Notes under the pieces: model-generated | Told to the model about the DNA's origin: nothing | Database searches by the model: none | Seen by the model: the letters and a program-made list of their open reading frames with translations, nothing else | In this document: piece by piece, positions 1 to 8,700 of the stretch | Numbering within the stretch: position 1 is the first letter of the stretch | Layout: each line of letters starts with the position of its first letter | Program-made: the position numbers and the translations under genes | From: an archaeon | Lineage (GTDB): Archaea > Methanobacteriota_B > Thermococci > Methanofastidiosales > NM3 | Length of the DNA: 64,000 bases | NCBI GenBank assembly: GCA_004212155.1 | Contig: RXIG01000002.1 | Coordinates: 32,001-96,000, forward strand | Direction of reading: 5' to 3'

Positions 1-107
1 ATACGCTTGAGGATGACGTAGACGCCCACCACGCCGCAGATGACGCTTGCGAGCACACCAGCGACGAGCGCATTCCTCATGAACTCGTAGGCCAGCAGTC
101 CCTCCAT
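1..107 (-). CDS. znuB: Zn/Mn ABC transporter permease (5' part only, runs off window start)
   Basis: Manual translation MEGLLAYEFMRNALVAGVLASVICGVVGVYVILKR, a typical ZnuB N-terminus; ATG overlaps the stop of the ATPase gene (TGATG). Confidence 0.85.
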   Translation of the reverse strand, partial: MEGLLAYEFMRNALVAGVLASVICGVVGVYVILKR

Positions 108-868
108 CAGTGTTCCTCCAGGACACGATGGGGCACCCCGTGTGCGATGAGCTCTATCGGGCAGTTATAGACGCGTTCGAGGTCCTCCCTCTTTATTTCC
201 TTGTTGCCGTGGTAGTAGAGCGTCTTGTTGACGCATGCGATGTTTTTCACATGCCGCGATACCACGGAGAGGTCGTGGGTGACAAAGAGTATCGTCAACG
301 AGTCGTTGAGGTCGTGAAGGAGTGAATAGAACTCCCTTTGCATCGTGGAATCGATGCCCACGTTCGGTTCGTCGAGGAGGAGCAGCGATGGTTCGTTGAC
401 AAGCGCCCGGGCGATGAAGACACGCTGGCGCTGCCCTCCCGAGAGCTTGGAGATCTGTGTGTCGCTGTATCTGGCCATGCCGACGCGTTCGAGCGCCTGC
501 ATCGTCGCCTCGGCGTCATCCTCGTCAAACTGCCTCAGCAATCCTTTGTTCGCATAGCGTCCCATGCGCGCGACCTCGAAGACCGTGGCGGGGAATCCTT
601 CTATATGGTGAGAATATTGGGGGACGTAGCCAATATGCCTCTTTTCCTTACGGGGATGGTTGCCGAAGATGCGCACCGAGCCTCGCAACGGGGAGATCTC
701 CCCCGTGATCGTCTTGAGAAGGGTTGTCTTGCCGCCGCCGTTTGGTCCGATGATGCCGAGAAAGTCGTTTTCCTCGACACAAAGCGTGATGTCCTTGAGC
801 ACGATGTGTTCACCATACGAGACCCATACGTTGCGTATGTCAACGATGCATTCTTCTGGCGCCGTCAC
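107..868 (-). CDS. znuC: Zn/Mn ABC transporter ATP-binding subunit
   Basis: Walker A GPNGGGKT, signature LSGGQ, Walker B LLLLDEP, C-terminal HGVPHRVL; probable GTG start at 868 just after znuA (ORF track extends to 1051). Confidence 0.9.
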   Translation of the reverse strand: MTAPEECIVDIRNVWVSYGEHIVLKDITLCVEENDFLGIIGPNGGGKTTLLKTITGEISPLRGSVRIFGNHPRKEKRHIGYVPQYSHHIEGFPATVFEVARMGRYANKGLLRQFDEDDAEATMQALERVGMARYSDTQISKLSGGQRQRVFIARALVNEPSLLLLDEPNVGIDSTMQREFYSLLHDLNDSLTILFVTHDLSVVSRHVKNIACVNKTLYYHGNKEIKREDLERVYNCPIELIAHGVPHRVLEEH

Positions 869-872
869 CCGT

Positions 873-1739
873 TCATCCCCCCATTCCTTCGCGCAGCGTT
901 TCGGCGATGTCTTCCATGTTGGCCGCATACGACGATGCGAGCGGATTGATGGAAAGCACAGATCCGCCGATCTCGCGCGCGATGGTGTTTGCGTCGTCTG
1001 TGCTGAACTGCGGTTCAACGAAAATAACGTGTATGCCGTTTTCTCGTGCAATCTCTATGACATGAGCGATGTGTTGAGGGGTCGGTTCCTTGCCTTCCTG
1101 TTCCACTGATATCTGAGTGAGCCCATAGTCGCGTGCGAAGTACGACCAGGTGGAGTGATATGCGATAAACATTTTCTTGTCTGTCTTATCAAGCGTTGAG
1201 CGAATGCTCTCATCCACCTCGTTGAGGCGTTCAACATACGCCTCCATGTTGGCGTGGTAGGTCTCGGAGTGTTCGGGATCGAGCTCGCAGAGGACATCGG
1301 TTATCTTACTTACCCCTTCTCGGGCCACTTCGAGCGAGAGCCATATATGCGGGTCGTACCCGCCATTCACGTCGATGAGGTCGATGCCCTCGGACACGTC
1401 GATAACGGTAAGGCCGGTATTGACATTCATGACCTTCTCGGCCCAGAATTCCAAGCCAACTCCGTTTCTTACCCATATCTCAGCGTTTTCCGCCTTCACC
1501 ACGGTGCTTGGTGTGAGCTCGTACGTGTGCGGCGAGGCGCCCTCGGGCACGAGCACGGTGATGTCTACATGTTCCCCTCCCACGGCCTCGACCCATTCAG
1601 AAAATGGGGGGATGGAGACGATAACGTCTATTGCATCTGTTTCCCCGTCCGTGCCGCTGCCAATGCATCCTGATACCACCGCACAGGTAAGCAGACACAG
1701 TATCATGAAAAAACCTGTACGTACAGAGGCTACACCCAT
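873..1739 (-). CDS. znuA: Zn/Mn ABC transporter substrate-binding lipoprotein
   Basis: Lipobox VSGC; motifs SPHTYE, DPHIWLS, YHSTWSYF of cluster A-I binding proteins. Confidence 0.9.
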   Translation of the reverse strand: MGVASVRTGFFMILCLLTCAVVSGCIGSGTDGETDAIDVIVSIPPFSEWVEAVGGEHVDITVLVPEGASPHTYELTPSTVVKAENAEIWVRNGVGLEFWAEKVMNVNTGLTVIDVSEGIDLIDVNGGYDPHIWLSLEVAREGVSKITDVLCELDPEHSETYHANMEAYVERLNEVDESIRSTLDKTDKKMFIAYHSTWSYFARDYGLTQISVEQEGKEPTPQHIAHVIEIARENGIHVIFVEPQFSTDDANTIAREIGGSVLSINPLASSYAANMEDIAETLREGMGG

Positions 1740-1767
1740 ATATAGTCTAGTGGTTTATTATAATATA

Positions 1768-1789
1768 AATAATTAATTATTAATAATTA
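1768..1789. promoter_or_regulatory. AT-rich divergent promoter with overlapping palindromes (candidate operator)
   Basis: AATAATTAATTATT (1768-1781) and TAATTATTAATAATTA (1774-1789) are perfect palindromes between the divergent znuA and regulator genes. Confidence 0.5.
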
Positions 1790-1826
1790 TAGAAAATTAT
1801 ATAAAAAATTATTAACATTGGTAGTT

Positions 1827-2210
1827 ATGGCAATCATCAGCGTATCATTGACAGACAAGATGCTCCACGACATCGATGCAGTCCAGCACGAGCTTGGATT
1901 CTCTGGACGCTCGGAGGTCATACGGGCCGGCGCCAGGCTGCTCATCGAGGAGAGCAGGAGCGAGGAGCGCCTGCATGGCACCATCAGCTCCATCCTCATC
2001 CTCCTGCACGAAAAGAAGGCAGAGGATGCGATCACTGCGGTGAAGCACGAGTTCGAGGACATCATCAACACGCAGATCCACAATCATACCATGGAGAACA
2101 AATGTCTCGACATATTCATCCTCAACGGCGATGCGGAGCGCATTCGCCAGCTTTCGACCACGTTCCAGACAAGCGGAAAGGTCGACTATCTCAAGTTAGT
2201 CGTTCCGTGA
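1827..2210 (+). CDS. NikR-family ribbon-helix-helix metal-responsive regulator
   Basis: IISVSL...GFSGRSEVIR RHH domain; ACT-like domain with H...HNH...C metal ligands. Confidence 0.85.
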   Translation: MAIISVSLTDKMLHDIDAVQHELGFSGRSEVIRAGARLLIEESRSEERLHGTISSILILLHEKKAEDAITAVKHEFEDIINTQIHNHTMENKCLDIFILNGDAERIRQLSTTFQTSGKVDYLKLVVP

Positions 2211-2604
2211 ATTGTTCGTACCCCTCATTGACAAGCAACTCATCGATACGTTTCCCATCCGGTATACGAAAGAGGTGTGAACGGCATCTGCAGTCGCTTG
2301 CGCCGATGCCGGGAACGGGGGACAGGTGGCGTTGCAGCAGCGATGCGAGCCGGCATTCCTCCGACTTTTCAGACCCCATATAATATATTATCTCTATTGT
2401 GGCATGGTCGAGAACGTAGTCGATGTGCCAGTGGTGGCGCTTTTTCGTGCGCAGGTGCCGGATAACGCGCTGTCGTATGCCGCCCTGTGCCGAACCCACA
2501 TACGCATATTGCCCTTTCTCCAGCGTTCGCTCCCCCTTGGCGCCGATACGTGTTGTGAACGTGGCCGGCACGTCAATGATGAGCACGTATGTTCCCCTGA
2601 TCAT
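2191..2604 (-). CDS. GIY-YIG (DUF123/Uri superfamily) endonuclease-like protein
   Basis: GTYVL...YAYVGSA...RH...HWHIDY...GASDCRCRSHL; GGAGG RBS before ATG 2604. Confidence 0.8.
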   Translation of the reverse strand: MIRGTYVLIIDVPATFTTRIGAKGERTLEKGQYAYVGSAQGGIRQRVIRHLRTKKRHHWHIDYVLDHATIEIIYYMGSEKSEECRLASLLQRHLSPVPGIGASDCRCRSHLFRIPDGKRIDELLVNEGYEQFTERLT

Positions 2605-3109
2605 CTTCATCCTCCAGCAGGGCAAGCACGCGCTGCTCGTACGCGATGAGCTCTTCCTGCGCCCGGTGGGCACAGCCCTTCCTATATCCTCTGTTAACGG
2701 CACCGTCTTCCACCGTTCGTGACAGCTCATCGAAGTGTGCCGCCCGTGCGATGACGCAGACATGGTCGTGATGTTTGATCCCCGAGAGTACCAGTGCAGG
2801 TCCGCCGATATCTGTCGTGAGCGTACCATCGAATGACCGGACGGGGGGAAGGAAGTCAACGACCACGTATGCTATCTCGCCTGTCGTTATCATCTTATGC
2901 ACTGCCGGATGGAGCGTCTTGATCCCGCCTGCGCACATCGAGTCGAATCCGGTAACGTTGGAAACAGGCCTGCAATCGATCCCGTGTTCTGCCAGGTACG
3001 CCCGCGTGCCGGGGGTTGCGAGCACAAATACGCCTCTTGTTCGTAACGCGCTTGCCAGTCGTTCCACGCCATCCTTGTCGTGGACGCTGATGATGGCATA
3101 CATGGTCAT
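2573..3109 (-). CDS. Stand-alone PurH N-terminal (IMP cyclohydrolase, MGS-like) domain protein
   Basis: AIISVHDK, ATPGT, TGF, KTLHP, DIGGP motifs; no AICAR transformylase domain. Confidence 0.75.
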   Translation of the reverse strand: MTMYAIISVHDKDGVERLASALRTRGVFVLATPGTRAYLAEHGIDCRPVSNVTGFDSMCAGGIKTLHPAVHKMITTGEIAYVVVDFLPPVRSFDGTLTTDIGGPALVLSGIKHHDHVCVIARAAHFDELSRTVEDGAVNRGYRKGCAHRAQEELIAYEQRVLALLEDEDDQGNIRAHH

Positions 3110-3199
3110 CTTCTCGATCGGAATGGTATAACTTTTTTGTGCATCTTTTGGCACTTCTCGATGAGAAATATATTTAAGTACCAATCATAAGGTGTGAAC

Positions 3200-4576
3200 A
3201 TGGATTTTTACGAGCTTGCACGCCGTTGCGCCACCCACGTTCGGGAGCATAGGGACGAGGAATTTCGCATCGTATCCCACATGGATGCCGACGGCATATC
3301 GAGCTGTGCGCTCGTATCAACTGCGCTCGACCGCCTGGGCATCGAGCACGACTACACATGCATCAAGCTCAACGAGATGAATCGGGTCGAACCTGCCGAC
3401 AACATGGTATTTTGTGACCTGGGAAGCGGCCAGCAGGACCAGATCGCCGAGCTCTTCCCCGACTCATCGGTCACGATCATCGACCATCACCAGTTCGAGG
3501 ATTCACTCTTTGACCATCATTTCAATCCATTCCTTGCGGGTGTCGACGGAGGGTCGGAGATCTCCGGGAGCGGCATGTCATACTTTTTCGCTCGCGCCCT
3601 TGACGAATCCAACACCGACCTAGCCCCTCTTGCCATCGTCGGCGCCGTAGGAGACATGCAGGCGCTGTGGGGGCGGCTCAAAGGAATGAACAGGGAGATC
3701 GTTGCCGATGGCATCAGCCGTGGCGTCCTTTCAGCAGATCCCGATCTTCTCCTCTACGGCCGATTCACGCGGCCCATCTACAAGTCGATCCAATTCTTCT
3801 CGGACCCGCCCATACCGGGTATCTCGGGTAGCGAATCCAACGCCATTGCGCTCCTCTCGTCAATCGGCATATCCGTGCGTGAGGACCAGTGGCGCACCCC
3901 GTCCGACCTCACCCTCGACGAGAAACAGCGCCTCGGCACCGAGATCATACGCAGGATCGTCTCCGAGCTGCCGCCCGAGTTCGCACGGCTTGCACCGAAT
4001 CTCGTGTTCGGCGAGACCTACACATTCATCAATGAGGAACGCTATTCCCCGCTTCGGGACGCATCCGAGTTCTCCACGTGTCTCAATGCGGCGGGACGCC
4101 ACGACTGTCCTGACATTGGCGTCGAGGTCGCAAAGGGCAACCGAAGCATCTACTACGAAAAGCTCATGTCACTTGTCCGCAGGCATAGACAGCAGCTTGC
4201 CAAGGGCATAGGTCTCATCGAGTCGCGTGGTATATCGCGCCTCTCCCACCTACAGTACTTTGACGGAACGGGCATCTCCGACACCCTTGTCGGCACGGTC
4301 GCCGGACTCGTCCTCGGTTCGAAGGAGTGCGACCCCTTCACCCCGCTCATCGGCTACACGCCCACCAACGACCACATGCTCAAGGTATCGCTTCGCTGCT
4401 CGAAGCTCCTTGTGGGGCGCGAGCTCAACATGGGGCGCATCCTGCACGACGTGTCGCAACGTTACGACGGTGCAGGGGGCGGCCATGCGTTCGCATGCGG
4501 CGCTTTCATACCGCACGAGCATATCACGCCGTTTCTAGAGGACGTGTCGCATGCAGTTGGAGCGACCGCAGAATGA
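3200..4576 (+). CDS. RecJ/GAN (Cdc45-like) DHH-DHHA1 exonuclease
   Basis: SHMDADG, DLGSG, IIDHH, GAVGD, GGGHAFACG motifs. Confidence 0.85.
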   Translation: MDFYELARRCATHVREHRDEEFRIVSHMDADGISSCALVSTALDRLGIEHDYTCIKLNEMNRVEPADNMVFCDLGSGQQDQIAELFPDSSVTIIDHHQFEDSLFDHHFNPFLAGVDGGSEISGSGMSYFFARALDESNTDLAPLAIVGAVGDMQALWGRLKGMNREIVADGISRGVLSADPDLLLYGRFTRPIYKSIQFFSDPPIPGISGSESNAIALLSSIGISVREDQWRTPSDLTLDEKQRLGTEIIRRIVSELPPEFARLAPNLVFGETYTFINEERYSPLRDASEFSTCLNAAGRHDCPDIGVEVAKGNRSIYYEKLMSLVRRHRQQLAKGIGLIESRGISRLSHLQYFDGTGISDTLVGTVAGLVLGSKECDPFTPLIGYTPTNDHMLKVSLRCSKLLVGRELNMGRILHDVSQRYDGAGGGHAFACGAFIPHEHITPFLEDVSHAVGATAE

Positions 4577-4593
4577 AGCGCAAGCATTTTTAA

Positions 4594-4609
4594 CCGAAAA
4601 GTTTAAAAA
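4594..4609 (+). promoter_or_regulatory. BRE/TATA promoter of 5S-tRNA-Asp unit
   Basis: CCGAAAAG followed by TTTAAAAA about 24 nt upstream of the 5S 5' end. Confidence 0.65.
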
Positions 4610-4632
4610 TGACCGTTGTTTACAACAAATCC

Positions 4633-4748
4633 GGCACGGCGGTCACAGCAAGAGAGCCACACCTGGTCTCATTCCGAACCCAGCAGTAAAGCCTCTTTGC
4701 GATTCGGGTTGTACTACCCTCGGTGGGAATCCCGAGACGCTGCCGGCC
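4633..4748 (+). rRNA. rrf: 5S rRNA
   Basis: GGCACGGCGGTCACAGC...CACACCTGGTCTCATTCCGAACCCAGCAGTAAAGCC...GTAC...GGGAA...CGCTGCCGGCC matches the archaeal 5S consensus; ends pair as helix I. Confidence 0.92.
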
Positions 4749-4763
4749 CCTTATGTTGACGTT

Positions 4764-4841
4764 GCCCGGGTAGTGTAGTCCGGTCTATCATACAGGACTG
4801 TCACTCCTGTGACTCGGGTCCGAATCCCGGCCCGGGCGCCA
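4764..4841 (+). tRNA. tRNA-Asp(GTC), CCA encoded
   Basis: Acceptor GCCCGGG/CCCGGGC, anticodon arm CAGGA-CT-GTC-AC-TCCTG, discriminator G plus CCA. Confidence 0.95.
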
Positions 4842-4974
4842 ACTTTAAGATATAAACGGGTGATGGCATAGATTGTGGAGAATATGGAGGCCATGTTTTT
4901 TAATGATTCTTACCGTAGAAGAAGAAATTATAAAGGTCTCTGGTGCGCCGCTCCTCAGTATAAACAACGTAGAT

Positions 4975-5048
4975 GGGCCTGTAGCTCAGTCTGGAAGAGC
5001 ACCTGGCTTTTAACCAGGTGGTCGCGGGTTCAAACCCCGTCGGGCCCG
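4975..5048 (+). tRNA. tRNA-Lys(TTT)
   Basis: Cloverleaf; anticodon arm CCTGG-CT-TTT-AA-CCAGG; GTTCAAA T-loop; CCA not encoded. Confidence 0.95.
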
Positions 5049-5091
5049 CTTCTTTATCAATTATTAGTGTCTCAAGTAGGGTGATGTCGTT

Positions 5092-5367
5092 ATGAGCAAG
5101 GTAAATATAGTCGAACATGAGTTGGTTCCCCAGCACATCGTATTAAGTCCGGAAGAGGAAGAGGTTGTTTTGAAGAAGTATAACATAGACAGGAACAATC
5201 TTCCCCTTATCAAATCGACTGATCCGATAATCCAGGAGCTTGAGGAGCAGCTCGCAGAACAATCAGAGGACGAGGGGAAGGTCTCCTTGAAGGGAAGAAT
5301 TATTAAAATCATCAGAAATAACTCTCCTGCAGGCGAGGGAGTGTATTACCGTTACGTAATTGAGTAG
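5092..5367 (+). CDS. rpoH: RNA polymerase subunit H (Rpo5)
   Basis: HELVPQH...LPLIKSTDP...YYRYV; first gene of rpo cluster. Confidence 0.95.
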   Translation: MSKVNIVEHELVPQHIVLSPEEEEVVLKKYNIDRNNLPLIKSTDPIIQELEEQLAEQSEDEGKVSLKGRIIKIIRNNSPAGEGVYYRYVIE

Positions 5368-5378
5368 AGGTAGATGTA

Positions 5379-8300
5379 ATGGATGGCTGGCCAGTAATCA
5401 ACTCATTTTTTGAAGAAAAGGGATTTGTGAGACAACATCTCGATTCGTACAATGATTTCGTGACCCGTGGGCTTCAGGAGATCATTGACGAGATCGGTGT
5501 CATCGAGACCGATTTCGACGAGTTCAACGTAAAGTTTGGTAAGGTACGGTATGGACAACCGGTCATCAAGGAGGCAGACGGTTCAAAGCGTGCGCTCTAT
5601 CCGTCCGAGTGCCGGTTGCGCGGCCTTACGTACTCCGTTCCTCTCTACCTCGAAATGTGCGCCCAGATGCCCGACGGCGAGCTCAGCGAGGCTGCCGACG
5701 TCTACGTTGGCGAGCTTCCCGTCATGCTCAAATCGGTATCGTGCGTCCTGTCCAACAAGGACAACGATGAGCTTATCAACCTCGGCGAGGACCCGAACGA
5801 CCCGGGCGGGTACTTCATCGTCAACGGCACCGAGAAGGTGATCGTTGCCATCGAGGACCTTGCGCCAAACAGGATACTCGTCGAGAAGGACGACCGTACC
5901 GAGTCGTGCATCGCCAAGGTGTTCTCCACCAGACAGGGCTTCAGGTCGCTTGTGAAGATAGAGCGGAAGCGCGATGGCATGCTTGATGTCTCGTTCCCCT
6001 CGGTACCTGGAAAGGTGCCATTCGTCGTGCTCATGAAGGCGATGGGCCTCACCTCCGATCAGCAGGTCGTAATGTCTGTTTCGGCCGACCCGGAGATCCA
6101 AAAGGAGCTTTTGGACAATCTCGAAAGCTCAATAGACATCACGAGCGAGGAGGACGCACTTGATGTCATCGGCAAGAAGGTAGCCATAGGGCAGCTGCAG
6201 GAATACCGGCTCAAGCGGGCCTCGGACTCGGTCGACAGGTACCTGCTCCCCCATATCGGCACTGAGCAGGAGGATCGTCTGAGAAAGGCGTACTACCTCG
6301 GCATCATGGCAGAGCGTGTCATCGAACTCGCCCTTGGGAAGCGCGACGAGGACGACAAGGACCACTACACGAACAAGCGCTGGAAGCTCGCGGGCGAGCT
6401 TCTCAAGAATCTTTTCAGATTATCATTTATCCAACTGACGCGCGACGTCAAGTACCAGCTCGAGCGAACATATGCCCGTGGCAGGTACGACGCCACGAAG
6501 CAAAGCGAGTTCATTCGCAAGTCGGTGCGATCCGATGTCCTTACCGAGCGCATACGCCATGCCATCGCCACCGGCAGCTGGCCAGGTGGACGAACGGGTG
6601 TGTCGCAGCTCATGGACTCGGTCAACTTCATGTCGAGGCTCTCACATCTCCGGCGTGTCGTCTCACCGCTTTCGCGCAGTCAATCGCATTTCGAGGCACG
6701 CGACCTCCATCCGACACACTGGGGCCGCATTTGCCCCAATGAGACGCCGGAGGGCCCGAACTGTGGCCTTGTGAAGAACATGGCGCTTATGAGCGCCGTG
6801 TCCGTTGCCGCCGACGAGGAGGAGCTTGAAGGCTACCTCAACAACATGGGACTGCAGGAGCTCGACAAACGTAGCGGCCCCCAGCAGCTTACATACGTCT
6901 ATCTTAACGGGAACCTCATCGGGCTTCATGAGAACGGTGACGAACTGGTTGAGAAGGTCAGGAAGGACCGGCGCACCGGCTACATATCCCGTCAGGTCAA
7001 CGTCGCCTACTACCCGCTCACAAAGGAGCTCCACATCAACTGCGACGGCGGCAGGGCACGACGTCCGCTCATCATCGTCGAGAACGGAGTGCCCCTCCTC
7101 ACGGAAGGAGTCATCGAGAAGCTTGCCAAGCGCGACCTTGTCTGGCAGGACCTCGTTGACCAGGGCATCGTCGAGTTCCTCGACGCAGAGGAGGAGGAAA
7201 ACGCGTTCGTGGCCGTCTACGAGGAGGAGCTCACCCCCAAGCACACCCATTTCGAGATATATCCCGGCTCGATCCTTGGCATATCGGCAAGCATCGTCCC
7301 GTTCCCCGAACACAACGCCGCGCCGCGCAACTCGTATGGTGCCGGCATGGCCAAGCAGGCGCTCGGCTTTGCCAAGGCGAACTTCAAGTGGGGGGTCGAG
7401 ACGCGCGAGCATCTCATGCACTACCCACAGGTGCCCCTTGTCAACACACGTGTGCTCGATGCCGTTGGGTTCGACAGGCGCCCCGCGGGCCAGAACTTCG
7501 TCGTAGCCATCATGTCGTATTACGGCTACAACATCGAGGATGCACTCGTCATCAACAAAGGATCGATCGAACGTGGTCTTGGACGCACATCTTTTTTCCG
7601 CACGTACGCCACCGAGGAGCGCAGGTATCCTGGAGGACAAGTCGACAAGTTCGAGATGCCCGACCAGACGATCCGCGGGTTCCGCGGAAACGAGGCGTAC
7701 CAGTACCTTGGAAACGACGGCATCATCGAGCTCGAATCAGTCGTCTCGGGCGGAAGCGTCATCATCGGACGCACCAGCCCGCCCCGTTTCCTGCAGGAGC
7801 TTGACGAGTTCGGCATTGACATCGCCGGCAGGGGCGAGACATCGATAGCGATACGCCCGGGAGAGGAAGGTATCATCGATATGGTCATCATGTCAGAGAC
7901 CCAGGACGGCAACAAGCTCGCAAAGATAAAGATGCGAAATCAGCGCATACCAGAACTTGGCGACAAGTTCGCATCGCGCCACGGACAGAAGGGAGTTATC
8001 GGCTACGTCATGGCGCAGGAAGACATGCCATTTACCGAATCAGGCATCGTTCCAGACCTCATCATCAATCCGCATGCCATCCCTTCGCGTAAGACGGTGG
8101 GTCAGATCCTCGAAATGATAGGCGGCAAGGTTGGAGCGCTCCAGGGCCGCTTTGTCAATGCCACCGCCTTTGACAACGAGGACGAACCCGACCTCAGGAA
8201 GGCGCTCACCGAGAACGGATTCAAGCACTCTGGTAAGGAAGTGCTCTACAACGGCGTCACGGGTGAGATGATGCTCGCCGACATCTTCGTCGGGGTTGCC

Positions 8301-8696
8301 TACTATCAGAAGCTCCACCACATGGTTGCCGACAAGATGCATGCCCGTTCCCGCGGACCACGCCAGATGCTGACGCGCCAGCCAACGGAAGGCAAGGCGC
8401 GCGAGGGTGGTCTTCGTTTCGGCGAGATGGAGCGCGATTGCCTCGTAGGACACGGGGCCGCAATGCTGCTCCAGGAGCGTCTGCTCGAGTCGTCAGACAA
8501 GTACAACGTGCTTGTTTGCGGAAAATGCGGCAGCCTTGCCGTCTACGACAAGATGCGCAACCAAAAGTACTGCCCGTTATGCTCGGAGGAGATCGACATA
8601 CACGTCGTCGAGGTCTCGTACGCGTTCAAACTGCTCATACAGGAACTCGAATCGATGCTCATACGTCCCAAGCTGACGATGGAGGACAGGGCGTGA
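5379..8696 (+). CDS. rpoB: RNA polymerase subunit B (Rpo2), unsplit
   Basis: [37 protein letters not shown]-terminal Zn ribbon. Confidence 0.98.
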   Translation: MDGWPVINSFFEEKGFVRQHLDSYNDFVTRGLQEIIDEIGVIETDFDEFNVKFGKVRYGQPVIKEADGSKRALYPSECRLRGLTYSVPLYLEMCAQMPDGELSEAADVYVGELPVMLKSVSCVLSNKDNDELINLGEDPNDPGGYFIVNGTEKVIVAIEDLAPNRILVEKDDRTESCIAKVFSTRQGFRSLVKIERKRDGMLDVSFPSVPGKVPFVVLMKAMGLTSDQQVVMSVSADPEIQKELLDNLESSIDITSEEDALDVIGKKVAIGQLQEYRLKRASDSVDRYLLPHIGTEQEDRLRKAYYLGIMAERVIELALGKRDEDDKDHYTNKRWKLAGELLKNLFRLSFIQLTRDVKYQLERTYARGRYDATKQSEFIRKSVRSDVLTERIRHAIATGSWPGGRTGVSQLMDSVNFMSRLSHLRRVVSPLSRSQSHFEARDLHPTHWGRICPNETPEGPNCGLVKNMALMSAVSVAADEEELEGYLNNMGLQELDKRSGPQQLTYVYLNGNLIGLHENGDELVEKVRKDRRTGYISRQVNVAYYPLTKELHINCDGGRARRPLIIVENGVPLLTEGVIEKLAKRDLVWQDLVDQGIVEFLDAEEEENAFVAVYEEELTPKHTHFEIYPGSILGISASIVPFPEHNAAPRNSYGAGMAKQALGFAKANFKWGVETREHLMHYPQVPLVNTRVLDAVGFDRRPAGQNFVVAIMSYYGYNIEDALVINKGSIERGLGRTSFFRTYATEERRYPGGQVDKFEMPDQTIRGFRGNEAYQYLGNDGIIELESVVSGGSVIIGRTSPPRFLQELDEFGIDIAGRGETSIAIRPGEEGIIDMVIMSETQDGNKLAKIKMRNQRIPELGDKFASRHGQKGVIGYVMAQEDMPFTESGIVPDLIINPHAIPSRKTVGQILEMIGGKVGALQGRFVNATAFDNEDEPDLRKALTENGFKHSGKEVLYNGVTGEMMLADIFVGVAYYQKLHHMVADKMHARSRGPRQMLTRQPTEGKAREGGLRFGEMERDCLVGHGAAMLLQERLLESSDKYNVLVCGKCGSLAVYDKMRNQKYCPLCSEEIDIHVVEVSYAFKLLIQELESMLIRPKLTMEDRA

Positions 8697-8700
8697 TCGT

